The translations under genes and the position numbers were made by a program. Source: an uncultured Chloroflexia bacterium (GTDB lineage: Bacteria > Chloroflexota > Limnocylindria > Limnocylindrales > CSP1-4). Taken from it: a stretch of 64,000 nucleotides of DNA. Below the pieces are notes generated by a model. It did no database searches. It saw nothing but the letters and a program-made list of their open reading frames with translations, and was not told the origin of the DNA. The DNA lies in assembly GCA_963763775.1 (NCBI GenBank), contig CAVXPZ010000001.1, forward strand, positions 1,248,001 to 1,312,000. Reading direction: 5' to 3'. Every line of letters begins with the position of its first letter. Within the stretch, counting starts at the first letter, position 1. This document shows positions 35,746-47,237 of this stretch, piece after piece.

Positions 35746-37827
35746 ATGACCGGCTGGCGCGAGCTGCTCGCCCTGAGCCGCCCGCGATCGTGGGTCGAGA
35801 CGGGACTCCCCTTCTTCGCGGCCGCCTTCGCGGTCGAGCGCGGCCTGACGGTCGCGATCGTCCTGGGGACGGTCTACTTCCTCGGGCCGTACGGCCTGCT
35901 CCTGCACGGCCTCGACGAGCTCGGCCGCGAACCCACCAGCGACGCCCGGCCGGGCGACGGCGTCGCGGGTGATGCGGCCGGGGGGCCGGCGGCACCGTCG
36001 GATCGCCGAGGGACCATCCGCCTCGCCATCGCCGCCACGAACCTGGCGTTCCTCGTCGTGATCGTGCTCTTGAGCGGAGCGGCGGCCGGCGTCGGGTTCG
36101 CGCTGGCCGTCCTCGTGGCGATCGTGGCGACGACGCCGCCGCTGCGGACGAACGCGCGTCCGGTGGCCGACGTGGTCACCGACGCCGCGCGCGTCGTCGT
36201 GCCGGCCGCCTGCGGCTTCCTCGTGGCGGGACTGACCGTCGGCGCGCTCCCGTGGCTCGCGCTGCTGGCGTTCTTCGCCTGGGCCCTCGCTTCCTCGGCC
36301 CTCGGGACGATCGCCCGGCGCACCGTTGATCTCGCCGCTGGGCGGGTGTCCAGCGCCACGGCCTTCGGGGCACGGGCGACCGCCCTCGGCGTCCTCGTGG
36401 CGTACGTCGTCGCGGCCGCGGTCAGCGCGACGTCCGGCCAGGTCGGCGCGCTCGTCGCCCTGGCGCTCGACCTGTACCTCCTGCTGCCCGCGATGGTCCT
36501 GCTCGCCGATCGACACGAGCCGGCGACCATCGACGCGGCCGCCCATCGGGCGTGGGCGGGTCTGCGCGGCCTCAACGTCCTGGTCGGGCTGTGGATCGGT
36601 CTGCTGTTCCTGCGCGACTGGGATGTGCTGGGCTTCTCGTCATGGGAGATCGCGGTCATGACCACGACCGCGGTCGTGGCGTACACGCTGGCCAACGTCA
36701 TCGCCATCCGGGTCGCGACGCGCCGCCGGCGCGCCAGGAAGGCGGCCGACGACGACGCGATCGAGGCCCTGACGGTCGTCGTCCCGTGTCGCGACGAGGC
36801 CGGTCACCTGGACGAAACGATCGCGTCGCTCCTCGCGCAGACCTACGCGGACGCGACGATCCTCGTCGTCGATGACGGGTCGTCGGACGGCACGGCCGAT
36901 ATCGCCGCAGAGCTCCTGGGTGGCGACGGCCAGGTGGTGGTCGCGCCGGCGAAACCGGACGGCTGGACCGGCAAGGCCTGGGCCTGCCAGGTCGGCGCGA
37001 ACGCCTCGACCGGCGACCTCCTCCTGTTCATCGATGCGGACACGGCCCTGGTGCCGGTCGCCGTGCGGATCCTGGTCGAGCAGCTGCATGCTCGCCGGCT
37101 CGACCTGCTCTCCGGCCTGACGCGCGACGCGATGCCGACGAGAGGCGCCCGAGCGTCGATCCCCGGGTTCGCCCTGCTGCTGTTCGGGTTCGTCCCGATC
37201 TGGCTCGCCGGCCTCACCCGGGGTCGGCTCGTCGGCGCGGCCTTCGCCTATGGCCCGCTCATGCTGGTGCGCCGCGACGCCTACGAGGCGACCGGCGGTC
37301 ATGCGGCCGCGCCGGCGACCCTTCGCGACGACATCGACATGGCGCAACGGTTCGCGCGGGCCGGGCGGCGAGTCGGCACGGCCCACGCGGTGGACCTCGG
37401 CTGGACGCGGCACGACATCGATGCCGAGCCGGTCATCGGCAACTGGCGGCGGGTCTTCCTGCCCTATGCCGGCGGGTCCCTCGCGCTCGCGATCGCGACG
37501 GTCCTCGCCGAGACCGTGGCGTACGTCGTCCCGTTCCTCCTGCCGGTCATCGCCCTCGTCTCCGGCGTCGCATCCCGGACGCTGGTCGCCTCGTTCGTCC
37601 CGTTGCTGCTGTTGCTGGCGATGCGCGTCAGCCTCGCGTTCACCCGACGCCAGCCGGCCGCCACGATCCTGTGGCATCCCGTGACGATCGGCCTCACGCT
37701 CCTCGGACAGCTCGCCGGTCTCGTCGACCACGTGATCGGGCGGTCACCGCGGTGGCGGGGACGCGTCATCAACCGCTCCGGACCGACAGCCGCCGCGCCG
37801 ACGAGCGAGGGGATGGAGGTCGTCTGA
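35746..37827 (+). CDS. Fusion of a UbiA/lycopene-elongase-like membrane domain and a GT2 glycosyltransferase
   Basis: N-terminus LSRPRSW...TPPLRT; C-terminus VVPCRDEA, VVDDGSSDGT, PDGWTGKAWAC, FIDADT, DDIDMA. Confidence 0.8.
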   Translation: MTGWRELLALSRPRSWVETGLPFFAAAFAVERGLTVAIVLGTVYFLGPYGLLLHGLDELGREPTSDARPGDGVAGDAAGGPAAPSDRRGTIRLAIAATNLAFLVVIVLLSGAAAGVGFALAVLVAIVATTPPLRTNARPVADVVTDAARVVVPAACGFLVAGLTVGALPWLALLAFFAWALASSALGTIARRTVDLAAGRVSSATAFGARATALGVLVAYVVAAAVSATSGQVGALVALALDLYLLLPAMVLLADRHEPATIDAAAHRAWAGLRGLNVLVGLWIGLLFLRDWDVLGFSSWEIAVMTTTAVVAYTLANVIAIRVATRRRRARKAADDDAIEALTVVVPCRDEAGHLDETIASLLAQTYADATILVVDDGSSDGTADIAAELLGGDGQVVVAPAKPDGWTGKAWACQVGANASTGDLLLFIDADTALVPVAVRILVEQLHARRLDLLSGLTRDAMPTRGARASIPGFALLLFGFVPIWLAGLTRGRLVGAAFAYGPLMLVRRDAYEATGGHAAAPATLRDDIDMAQRFARAGRRVGTAHAVDLGWTRHDIDAEPVIGNWRRVFLPYAGGSLALAIATVLAETVAYVVPFLLPVIALVSGVASRTLVASFVPLLLLLAMRVSLAFTRRQPAATILWHPVTIGLTLLGQLAGLVDHVIGRSPRWRGRVINRSGPTAAAPTSEGMEVV

Positions 37828-38014
37828 GACGGTCGTACGTGGTGCGGCGGCGCACCGTTCGACGCGGCATCCCCGTGGCCGTGCACGATGCCGGACGCGG
37901 ATGGCCCGGATGTCAGGCTGGCGCCCGGTACCCGAGACCGAGGACGATGCCCGTCCGACCATGACGGGCGACGCGTGGAGGCGTGGCCGAGGGCGGATCG
38001 ATGGAGGTTGTCGC

Positions 38015-38203
38015 ATGCTCCGACGACGGGATGGCCGCGACCCCTGGTGGGGCCTCGAAGGGACCGGGGCGAAGCGCACGCGTCGACGCGTGCAAGCCGA
38101 AAGCGTGTTCGCGGTCGGGATGGCCATCGCCGCCTGCGGGTTGGTGGCCGCCGTGTGGCTGCGCCAGCTCGCGCCGCTCGCCCACCAACTCGGGCTCGCC
38201 TGA
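38015..38203 (+). CDS. Small single-TM protein (62 aa)
   Basis: GGAGG RBS; MLRRRDGRDPWWGLEG, then one hydrophobic helix. Confidence 0.55.
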   Translation: MLRRRDGRDPWWGLEGTGAKRTRRRVQAESVFAVGMAIAACGLVAAVWLRQLAPLAHQLGLA

Positions 38204-38284
38204 GCGACCGACCCCCGCCGGACTCGGCGGTTCGCCTACCATCAACCTCCTGACCGACCGACGCCTGTCGCCCAGGAGGGATCG

Positions 38285-39682
38285 ATGCGCACGCTCATCA
38301 CCAACGGCTCGATCGTCACGGCCGATGGCACGTACCACGCGGACGTCCTCGTGGACGGCGAGCGCATCGACGCGATCGGCGCCGACCTGGCGGGACACGG
38401 CACGACCGCGGACGAGACGATCGACGCCGCAGGCAAGTACGTGATCCCCGGTGGGATCGACGTCCACACGCACATGGAACTGCCGTTCGGCGGGACCTTC
38501 GCCAAGGACACCTTCGAGACCGGGACCAGGGCCGCGGCGTTCGGCGGCACCACCTCGATCGTCGACTTCGCGGTCCAATCGCGTGGCGCGTCGCTCCGGG
38601 CCGGCCTGGATGCCTGGCACGCCAAGGCCGAGGGCAACGCGGTCGCCGACTATGGGTTCCACATGATCATGAGCGACGTCAACGACGACACGCTCGCCGA
38701 GATGGACACGCTCGTCGCCGAGGGCGTCCCCGACTTCAAGCTCTTCACGGCCTACCCGGGCGTCTTCTACAGCGACGACGGGGCGATCTTCCGGGCGATG
38801 CAGCAGACCGCGAAGAACGGCGGCCTGATCATGATGCACGCGGAGAACGGCATGGCCATCGACGTCGTCGCGGCCCAGACCGTCGCCGCGGGCACCACCG
38901 ACCCGATCGGCCACGGCCTCGCCCGCAAGGCCGTCTTCGAAGGCGAGGCGACGAACCGGGTCATCCGCCTGGCCGAGGCCGCCGGCGTGCCCGTCTATAT
39001 CGTCCACCTGTCGGCGCCCGACGCCCTCGCGGAAGTCCGGGCGGCGCGCGACCGCGGGACCCAGGCGTTCGCCGAGACCTGCCCGCAGTACCTGTTCCTG
39101 TCGCTCGACGACCTCGGCAACGGCTTCGAAGGCGCGAAATTCGTCTGCTCGCCGCCGCTCCGCCCGAAGGCGGTCTGGGACGACCTGTGGGTCGGGCTCG
39201 TGAAGGACGACCTCCAGCTCGTCTCCACCGACCATTGCCCGTTCGACTTCCACGGGCAGAAGGATCTGGGCCTCGGCGACTTCCGCAAGATCCCCAACGG
39301 CCTGCCCGGCGTCGAGGACCGCGTGGACCTGCTCCACGACGGCGGCGTGGTGGCCGGGAAGATCACCCGCGAGCGCTGGGTGGAGATCATCTCGACCGCA
39401 CCGGCCAAGCTCTTCGGGATGTACCCGACCAAGGGGGCCATCGCCGTCGGCTCGGATGCGGACCTCGTGGTCTACGACCCGGCCCGCCGGCACACGATCT
39501 CGGCCTCGACGCACCACATGGACGTGGACTACTCGTGCTACGAGGGCCGCACGGTCCAGGGCGGCAGCGACATCGTGATGAGCCGCGGCAGCGTCATCGT
39601 CCGGGACGGCGAGTTCACCGGCCGCAAGGGCCACGGCAAGTTCATCAAGCGCGCCCCGGCCGGCTACGCTCGCAGCCACTGA
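38285..39682 (+). CDS. hydA: Dihydropyrimidinase / D-hydantoinase
   Basis: PGGIDVHTH, FGGTTSIVDF, FKLFTAY, HAENG, ETCPQYL, STDHCPF, IPNGLPGVEDR. Confidence 0.96.
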   Translation: MRTLITNGSIVTADGTYHADVLVDGERIDAIGADLAGHGTTADETIDAAGKYVIPGGIDVHTHMELPFGGTFAKDTFETGTRAAAFGGTTSIVDFAVQSRGASLRAGLDAWHAKAEGNAVADYGFHMIMSDVNDDTLAEMDTLVAEGVPDFKLFTAYPGVFYSDDGAIFRAMQQTAKNGGLIMMHAENGMAIDVVAAQTVAAGTTDPIGHGLARKAVFEGEATNRVIRLAEAAGVPVYIVHLSAPDALAEVRAARDRGTQAFAETCPQYLFLSLDDLGNGFEGAKFVCSPPLRPKAVWDDLWVGLVKDDLQLVSTDHCPFDFHGQKDLGLGDFRKIPNGLPGVEDRVDLLHDGGVVAGKITRERWVEIISTAPAKLFGMYPTKGAIAVGSDADLVVYDPARRHTISASTHHMDVDYSCYEGRTVQGGSDIVMSRGSVIVRDGEFTGRKGHGKFIKRAPAGYARSH

Positions 39683-39699
39683 CCGCCGGCCCTCGCCGG

Positions 39700-40140
39700 A
39701 TGACGTCACCCGTCCGCCGCCTCCGGATCCCGGCCGACCTCGGCCGTCTTGCGGACGTCCGCGCGCTGGTCCGCGAAGCCGCACACGCCGCCGGGGCGGC
39801 GCCCGATAGCGTCGACGACCTGGTCCAGGCCGTGGATGAGGCCGCCACGAACACGATCGTGCACGGGTTCGCCGGGCGCCCGGGGTGGCTCGAGGTCTCG
39901 CTCGAGGTCGACGGGCCGGGGGTCGTGGTCACGCTGGAGGACGACGCGCCGACCTTCGATCCCACGGCCGTGCCCGAGCCGGACATGCGCGTCCCGGCGC
40001 TCGTCCGGGGTCCGGGCGGCATGGGCGTCCACCTCATGCGGCTGGCGACCGACACCCTAGACTATCGACCACGCGACGGCGGTGGCAACGTCCTGACCCT
40101 CACACGATCGCTGGACCCACGACCGAAGGAGGATGGCTAG
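39700..40140 (+). CDS. Anti-sigma factor kinase (RsbW-like HATPase)
   Basis: QAVDEAATNTIVHG, EDDAPTFDP, GGMGVHLM, GNVLTL. Confidence 0.88.
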   Translation: MTSPVRRLRIPADLGRLADVRALVREAAHAAGAAPDSVDDLVQAVDEAATNTIVHGFAGRPGWLEVSLEVDGPGVVVTLEDDAPTFDPTAVPEPDMRVPALVRGPGGMGVHLMRLATDTLDYRPRDGGGNVLTLTRSLDPRPKEDG

Positions 40141-40560
40141 ATGGCATTGCAGACGACGGTCGAGCAGGCCGACGGCCGCGTCCCCGTCACGATCGTCGCG
40201 CTCGACGGCGAACTGGACGCCACCAGCTACGAGGGCGTCATCGACACGGTCCGCGGCGTGTACGAAGCGGGCGGCCGTGATCTTCTCCTGGACCTCACGA
40301 ACCTGTCGTTCATCTCGAGCTCCGGCCTCGTCGCGCTGCACTCGAGCCTGCGGCTCATGCGGGGCGAGGCGCCGCCGGACCCCGAATACGGCTGGGCCGC
40401 GATCCGGGCGATCGGTGACGAGGTCGACAGCGGCGCGGCCCAGACCAACGTGCGACTGTGCGGGACGCAGGACGGCGTCCAGAAGGTGCTCGATCGCACG
40501 GGCATGGGCCATCTCTTCCCGTCGCACCCGGATCGCGCCTCGGCGATCGCGGCGTTCTGA
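40141..40560 (+). CDS. STAS-domain anti-sigma antagonist
   Basis: LDGELDA, LDLTNLSFISSSGLVAL, VQKVLDRTG. Confidence 0.9.
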   Translation: MALQTTVEQADGRVPVTIVALDGELDATSYEGVIDTVRGVYEAGGRDLLLDLTNLSFISSSGLVALHSSLRLMRGEAPPDPEYGWAAIRAIGDEVDSGAAQTNVRLCGTQDGVQKVLDRTGMGHLFPSHPDRASAIAAF

Positions 40561-40582
40561 CCTCGGTGGGGCGCCGGGCTCG

Positions 40583-41746
40583 GTGACCACCGCACGCTCG
40601 CTGGAGCCGCGCCGCCTCGAACGGATCCTCGCGCCGTGGGCGTCCGATCGCGACGGTCCGAGCGTGGCCATCGAGGACCCGGGCGGCGCCGTCATCGCTG
40701 GCGCCGCGGGCCCTGCCGACGCCTCCCCGGGCGGTCCCCTCGCATCCGCACCCGCGATCCGCGCCGACGTGGTCGTCGACGGCGTCGTGGTCGCGCGGGT
40801 GGTCGCGACCGGACCCGCCGTGGCCGATCCGCGGATCCGCGCGGCGATGGCGTCCCTTGCGGTCGCCGTCGGCGAACTCGTGTCGGAAGCCGACGCCCAT
40901 CGGTCGACGGAGCGCGTCCTCGACGACCTGCGCGCCGCGACGACGGCTGAGACGCTCGGGACCGACGCTGCCGAACTGGCCAAGGGTCGCCGGCAGCAGC
41001 GCAGCCTGCTGTCCCTCGTCGCGCCGGATGTCCCGGGCTACGACCTGGCCAGCCACTACGCCGCCGCTCGCGAGATCGGGGGCGACTTCTTCGAACTGTT
41101 CCGCCTCGCCCGTCGCGGCCACCCGCTCGGGATCGTGATCGCCGACGTGACGGGCAAGGGCCTCGACGCGGCCCTGCTGATGGCGTTCGCCAGGCCCGTC
41201 ATCCACAGCGCCCTCGAGGGCGCCCGCGGACCGGCGGAGGCCCTGGAACGGACCAACCGCGTGCTGGTCGGGGAGCGGCGCGGCACGCTGTTCATCACGG
41301 CGCTCTGCGCGGTCCTCGAGCCGCGCCACGGCCGGGTCCGGATCGCCGACGCCGGGCACGAGCCGCCATGGCTCATCCCGGCCGACGGCGGCCCCCTCCG
41401 CACCGTCGGGGATCCCGGGGTGCTGCTCGGGGCCTTCGCGTCGGTCGACGCCCCGGAGACCGAGGCGATCCTCGAGCCCGGGGACGTCCTGCTGTTCTAC
41501 ACCGACGGGGTGACGGACGCCGTCGGGCCGACGGGCGAGCGGTTCGGCGACGAGCGGCTGGTCGCGACGCTCGCGGCCGCCCGTGGCGGCACCGCCCACG
41601 ACGTCGTGGCGGCCGTCCGGGACGCGGTGGTGGCGTTCCAGGCGGATGCCGAGCCGGCCGACGACGTGACGATCGTCGCGGTGGGACGCCGGCGAGGACC
41701 TAGCCGATCGTCGGGCGGCTCATCCGGCGCCGGTACTGTTCGTTGA
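40583..41746 (+). CDS. SpoIIE/RsbU-type PP2C phosphatase
   Basis: IGGDFFE, IADVTGKG, AGHEPP, YTDGVTD, DDVTIV. The 3' end overlaps the convergent gene, so the stop is uncertain. Confidence 0.88.
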   Translation: MTTARSLEPRRLERILAPWASDRDGPSVAIEDPGGAVIAGAAGPADASPGGPLASAPAIRADVVVDGVVVARVVATGPAVADPRIRAAMASLAVAVGELVSEADAHRSTERVLDDLRAATTAETLGTDAAELAKGRRQQRSLLSLVAPDVPGYDLASHYAAAREIGGDFFELFRLARRGHPLGIVIADVTGKGLDAALLMAFARPVIHSALEGARGPAEALERTNRVLVGERRGTLFITALCAVLEPRHGRVRIADAGHEPPWLIPADGGPLRTVGDPGVLLGAFASVDAPETEAILEPGDVLLFYTDGVTDAVGPTGERFGDERLVATLAAARGGTAHDVVAAVRDAVVAFQADAEPADDVTIVAVGRRRGPSRSSGGSSGAGTVR

Positions 41747-42875
41747 AGTCGAACAGGAAGCGGTCCTTGCGCGGGTAGACGCCGCGCTTGTACGAGCGCG
41801 AGCCCACGCCGGTCTGCGCCCGCGAGCAGACGGCCCAGTCCTGCTGGGAGATCAGGTCCCAGAGCTCGACCACGGGCTCGGGCGCGAAGTCCGCGGCGGC
41901 GATCGTCTCGGGCCGGAACAGGAACTCGGAGACCACGGTCGTGTGCCCGGCACCACTCGGGTAGGCGATGTAGTACATCGCGCAGTCCGGGTGCAGGTTG
42001 AGCATCAGGTTCGGGAACTGGAACGTGCCGTAGTACATGCCGTAGTCATCGGGCCGCAGGTCGGGCAGCTTCGGAAGCGACGACTGCCCGCTCTTCGTGA
42101 AGGACGTCGCCCCCTCGATCATCCAGTTCCCGTCGTCGCGGGTCTCCTCGTCCCAGACCTCGCCGAACCGGTAGAGCGGCACCACCTGCACGAGCTCGGG
42201 ATGGATCGTCGGACAGTGCAGGCACTCGTTGTAGTTCTCGACGACGATCTTCCAGTTGGCCTGGACCTCGTAGACGAGGCGAACGCCGATGCGCATCTCG
42301 TCGAGCCGGTAGCGGTCGAAGTTCGTGATGCTCTCGGTCCCGTCGCGGAGATCCTCCAGGAGCGGCCGTGGCGTCCCCTCGGTCAGGTTGACGAAGAGGA
42401 ACCCGCCGTAGGTGTCCACCGCGACGGCGTGGAGCGGGTAGTCCCCCCGGAGGAAGGCCTCGTCCTCGTCGACGTTCGGCGTCCCGACGAGGCGGCCGTC
42501 GAGGTCGTAGGACCAGGCGTGGTACGGGCACTTGAAGACCTTGCTGACGTGCCCGCAGGCCGGCTCGTCGTCCAGCAGCTTCGTCCCGCGATGGGCGCAG
42601 ACGTTGTAGAAGGCCCGGATCTCGCCGTCGCGGTTGCGCGTGATGAAGATCGACTCCCCGGCGATGTCGCGGACGAGGTAGTCGCCGGCGGTCGGGATCT
42701 CCTCGGCTCGCCCCGCGCACACCCAGCCGCCCCACCAGACGTGTTCGCGCTCCTCGGCGAACACCGTCTCGGTGGTGTAGTCGGTGCCGGCAAGCGTGGG
42801 CTGCGGGCGCCAGGGCCCGCGAAGGTGCGCCTTGGCCGCGGCGACGTCGCTCGGTCGTGAGGTGGTCTGCGTCAT
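41700..42875 (-). CDS. Rieske oxygenase alpha subunit (choline/glycine-betaine monooxygenase-like)
   Basis: NVCAHRG...CPYHAWSY Rieske motif; NWKIVVENYNECLHCPTIHPE mononuclear-iron motif. Confidence 0.9.
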   Translation of the reverse strand: MTQTTSRPSDVAAAKAHLRGPWRPQPTLAGTDYTTETVFAEEREHVWWGGWVCAGRAEEIPTAGDYLVRDIAGESIFITRNRDGEIRAFYNVCAHRGTKLLDDEPACGHVSKVFKCPYHAWSYDLDGRLVGTPNVDEDEAFLRGDYPLHAVAVDTYGGFLFVNLTEGTPRPLLEDLRDGTESITNFDRYRLDEMRIGVRLVYEVQANWKIVVENYNECLHCPTIHPELVQVVPLYRFGEVWDEETRDDGNWMIEGATSFTKSGQSSLPKLPDLRPDDYGMYYGTFQFPNLMLNLHPDCAMYYIAYPSGAGHTTVVSEFLFRPETIAAADFAPEPVVELWDLISQQDWAVCSRAQTGVGSRSYKRGVYPRKDRFLFDFNEQYRRRMSRPTIG

Positions 42876-42951
42876 CGTCGGCCGATGATAGGGCACCGAG
42901 GCCGTTCGTCGGCCGCGGTGGACCGACCTGGACCGGCCCGTGCGACGACGT

Positions 42952-44625
42952 TCAGGCGCGGCTGGCCGCCACACGTTCGGCGGCGAGCCGCGCCGGTTCG
43001 TGGCCGGTCACGGCCTCGAGGAAGGCCTCCCGACCCAGCTTCAGGAGCACCGACGGCTCCGTCGCCGTGACGGTCGCCGTGCGGCGAACGTCGTGGAGGA
43101 GGGCGATCTCGCCGAACCCCTCGGCGCGGTCACCGGCGAGGCGAAGGAGCGACCCGTCCCGGCTCACCGCCATCTCGCCGCTCTCGAGCACGTAGTACGC
43201 GTCGCCCACGTCGCCTTCGCGGATGATCGCCACCCCCGGCTCGACCGTGATCCAGCGGGCCCCCCGGGCGACGCACTCTTGCTGGGGCGGCGGGAGCGGC
43301 GCGAACAGGACCACGCGGCGGAGCAGGCCAAGGGCCCTGACCGGGACGAGCACGTCGCGGTCCATGCGCGCGAGACCGGCCCACGACAGGGCCACGGCGA
43401 GCGGCAGGATCAGGCCGACGAGGACGGCGGTCACCCGGACGCCGAACACGTCGGCCAGGATGGACACGGAGACCGCGCCGACGGCGAGCCCGGCGAGGCC
43501 GATCCCCTCGAGCGCCCCCAGGATGCGCCCGAGCAGCGCGTCGGGCGAGACCCGCTGGAGGATCGTCCGCCCGACCACGTCGCTGGCGGCGAGGCCGATC
43601 CCGGCGATCGCGATGAGCGGGGGCGCCAGCCAGGGCAGCGCGAGCGCCCCGAGGACGACGAGGGCGACGCCGCAGACGAGCACCGCCGCGGCAAGCGATG
43701 GGGCCAGGCGCTGTCGCCCGACGAGCGAGAAGGTGATGGCCCCGCCGACGATCGTGCCGACGCCCAGCGCGGCATTGAGCAGCCCCGCGGCCGAGTCCCC
43801 GGCGTCGAAGAGCTCGAGCGCGAGCAGGACGAACAGCACGTCCATGGCCCCGACCACGACCATGCGCAGCCCCAGGATCATGACGACCAGCCGGGTGTTG
43901 GGCTCGCGGCCCACCATCCGGAGGCCGTCCAGGAGGCTCACGGCCTCGTCCGGGGCATCGGTGGTTCGGCTCCGACCGATCGGCGGCGCGCTCCGGGCGA
44001 ACACGATCGGCCGCGGCAGCCGGGCGACGAGCAAGGCGGCGATGACCGATGCGACTGTCGCGGCGGCGAAGACGGCGGCCGGCGTCGACACGGCGAGGAT
44101 CGCCGCGGCGGCCAGCGGCCCGAGCATCAGGCCGAGCCCCTCGACCGTCCCGGACAGACCGTTCGCGGCGCAGAGCTCCTCGGGCGTCCGGGCGAGGCCG
44201 GGCAGCAGGGCGCCCTGCGTGGGACGCGCGACCGGGAACGCCACGGCGAGCGTCGTGGCGGCGGCGTAGACGACGAGCGGGCTGGCGCCCGACGCCATCG
44301 CGAGGCCGGTCGCCGCCGCCGCGGCGGCCATCGCGAGGTAGCCCACGGCCAGGACGCGGTCGCGCGGGAACCGGTCCGCGAGACTCGCGAGGAATGGGGC
44401 GAGCAGGGCGGCCGGGATGAGCTGGATCAGCACGACCAGGCCGACGCTTGCGGGGCCGGTGGCGTCGTAGGCGTAGAGCAGCACGACGATCCACGTGCCG
44501 AACTCCACGATGTTGAAGAGCAGGAAGGCGAGCTGGACCCGGCGCAACGCCGGGCTTCGGCTCGTGGACCGCACGACGCTGCCCGTCAGCGCGAGGTGCT
44601 CGCGGAGCCGTCGGAGCGTCGTCAC
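42952..44625 (-). CDS. MFS transporter with C-terminal cNMP-binding domain
   Basis: About 12 TM helices, LADRFPRDR loop; IIREGDVGDAYYV, FGEIALL, RRTATV. Confidence 0.88.
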   Translation of the reverse strand: MTTLRRLREHLALTGSVVRSTSRSPALRRVQLAFLLFNIVEFGTWIVVLLYAYDATGPASVGLVVLIQLIPAALLAPFLASLADRFPRDRVLAVGYLAMAAAAAATGLAMASGASPLVVYAAATTLAVAFPVARPTQGALLPGLARTPEELCAANGLSGTVEGLGLMLGPLAAAAILAVSTPAAVFAAATVASVIAALLVARLPRPIVFARSAPPIGRSRTTDAPDEAVSLLDGLRMVGREPNTRLVVMILGLRMVVVGAMDVLFVLLALELFDAGDSAAGLLNAALGVGTIVGGAITFSLVGRQRLAPSLAAAVLVCGVALVVLGALALPWLAPPLIAIAGIGLAASDVVGRTILQRVSPDALLGRILGALEGIGLAGLAVGAVSVSILADVFGVRVTAVLVGLILPLAVALSWAGLARMDRDVLVPVRALGLLRRVVLFAPLPPPQQECVARGARWITVEPGVAIIREGDVGDAYYVLESGEMAVSRDGSLLRLAGDRAEGFGEIALLHDVRRTATVTATEPSVLLKLGREAFLEAVTGHEPARLAAERVAASRA

Positions 44626-44719
44626 GCGAGCGTCGGACGGCGGGCGGCGCGAGACATCCGCCGCAGTGTACGCAGCCGCACCCCTCGCGGCGTCGTGATC
44701 CGCCGGGTCGGGGCGGGCG

Positions 44720-46261
<1,542 letters not shown>

Positions 46262-46346
46262 GACGATGACCTCGTGTGGTGGGTCGCCGGTGCGGCGAGC
46301 CGATTCGAACGTACCTGCACGATACAGCGTCGCGTTCGACGCGACC

Positions 46347-47237
46347 TCAGGACGACGACCGATCCGCGGGATCGGGCCACTGGAGGTCCGTCATCGGGAC
46401 ACCTTCGATCGGCACCGGCCGCGGGTCGCCCCTCGGCGACGGCCGGACCGTCATGACGATCGTCACGAGGACACAGCCCACCGCGATGGCGAGGGCGATG
46501 ACCGAGCCCATCGGGAGAGGGCCGACGACCGCCGGGTCCCGCCAGGTGGTCGCGATGACCGCACGGCCGATGGCCCACGCCGCGAGCCCCACGAAGAGCA
46601 CCCGGCCGTCCCTGGTGCGGAACGCGCCGATGGTCAGCGCCAGGCCGAGGATCAGGGCGATGAGCAGGGTCACCGCGCCCTCGAGGATCTGCGACGGCAC
46701 CGACGGCAGGGCCGGCGCCAGCGACCCCCACGGGCCCGGACCGAGGTACGCCGTCGCCCAGCCCGCATCGCTGGGCTGGCCCTGCCCCGCGCCGCCGAGG
46801 GCCATCGTGAGCTTGCCCGCGCCGAGCGCGAAGAGGGCCGGCAGGACCGCGAGGTGCATCCAGCGTCCGATCGGGGCGCCGAGGAGTCGAGCGACGTACG
46901 CCCCCGTGAGCAGGCCGCCCACGACGGCGAGTCCGAGTTCCAGCCCGCCCGTGGCCGGGTCGACGATCTCGCTGATCCTCGTGCCGTAGTAGTCGACGTG
47001 GAGCAGCGCGTAGCCGATGCGCCCCCCGATGACCGCGCCGGGCACGATCCCGACGGCGATGAACAGCAGATCGTCCGGCCGCAGGTCCGACCGGCGGGCC
47101 ATCAGACCGGCGGCGATGAGGGCAGCGGCGATGACGATGGCGAGCGCCACCGTCTGCCAGCGCACGACCAAGCCGTCGGTCAGGCGCAGCAGCGGGTCGA
47201 AGTCGAACGCGATGACGGCGGTCGGCACGGTGTCCAC
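46347..47237 (-). CDS. lgt: Prolipoprotein diacylglyceryl transferase-like protein (divergent)
   Basis: VRWQ, GAVIGGRIGY, GGL, PSQILE motifs; multiple TM helices. Several canonical motifs are altered. Confidence 0.65.
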   Translation of the reverse strand: MDTVPTAVIAFDFDPLLRLTDGLVVRWQTVALAIVIAAALIAAGLMARRSDLRPDDLLFIAVGIVPGAVIGGRIGYALLHVDYYGTRISEIVDPATGGLELGLAVVGGLLTGAYVARLLGAPIGRWMHLAVLPALFALGAGKLTMALGGAGQGQPSDAGWATAYLGPGPWGSLAPALPSVPSQILEGAVTLLIALILGLALTIGAFRTRDGRVLFVGLAAWAIGRAVIATTWRDPAVVGPLPMGSVIALAIAVGCVLVTIVMTVRPSPRGDPRPVPIEGVPMTDLQWPDPADRSSS

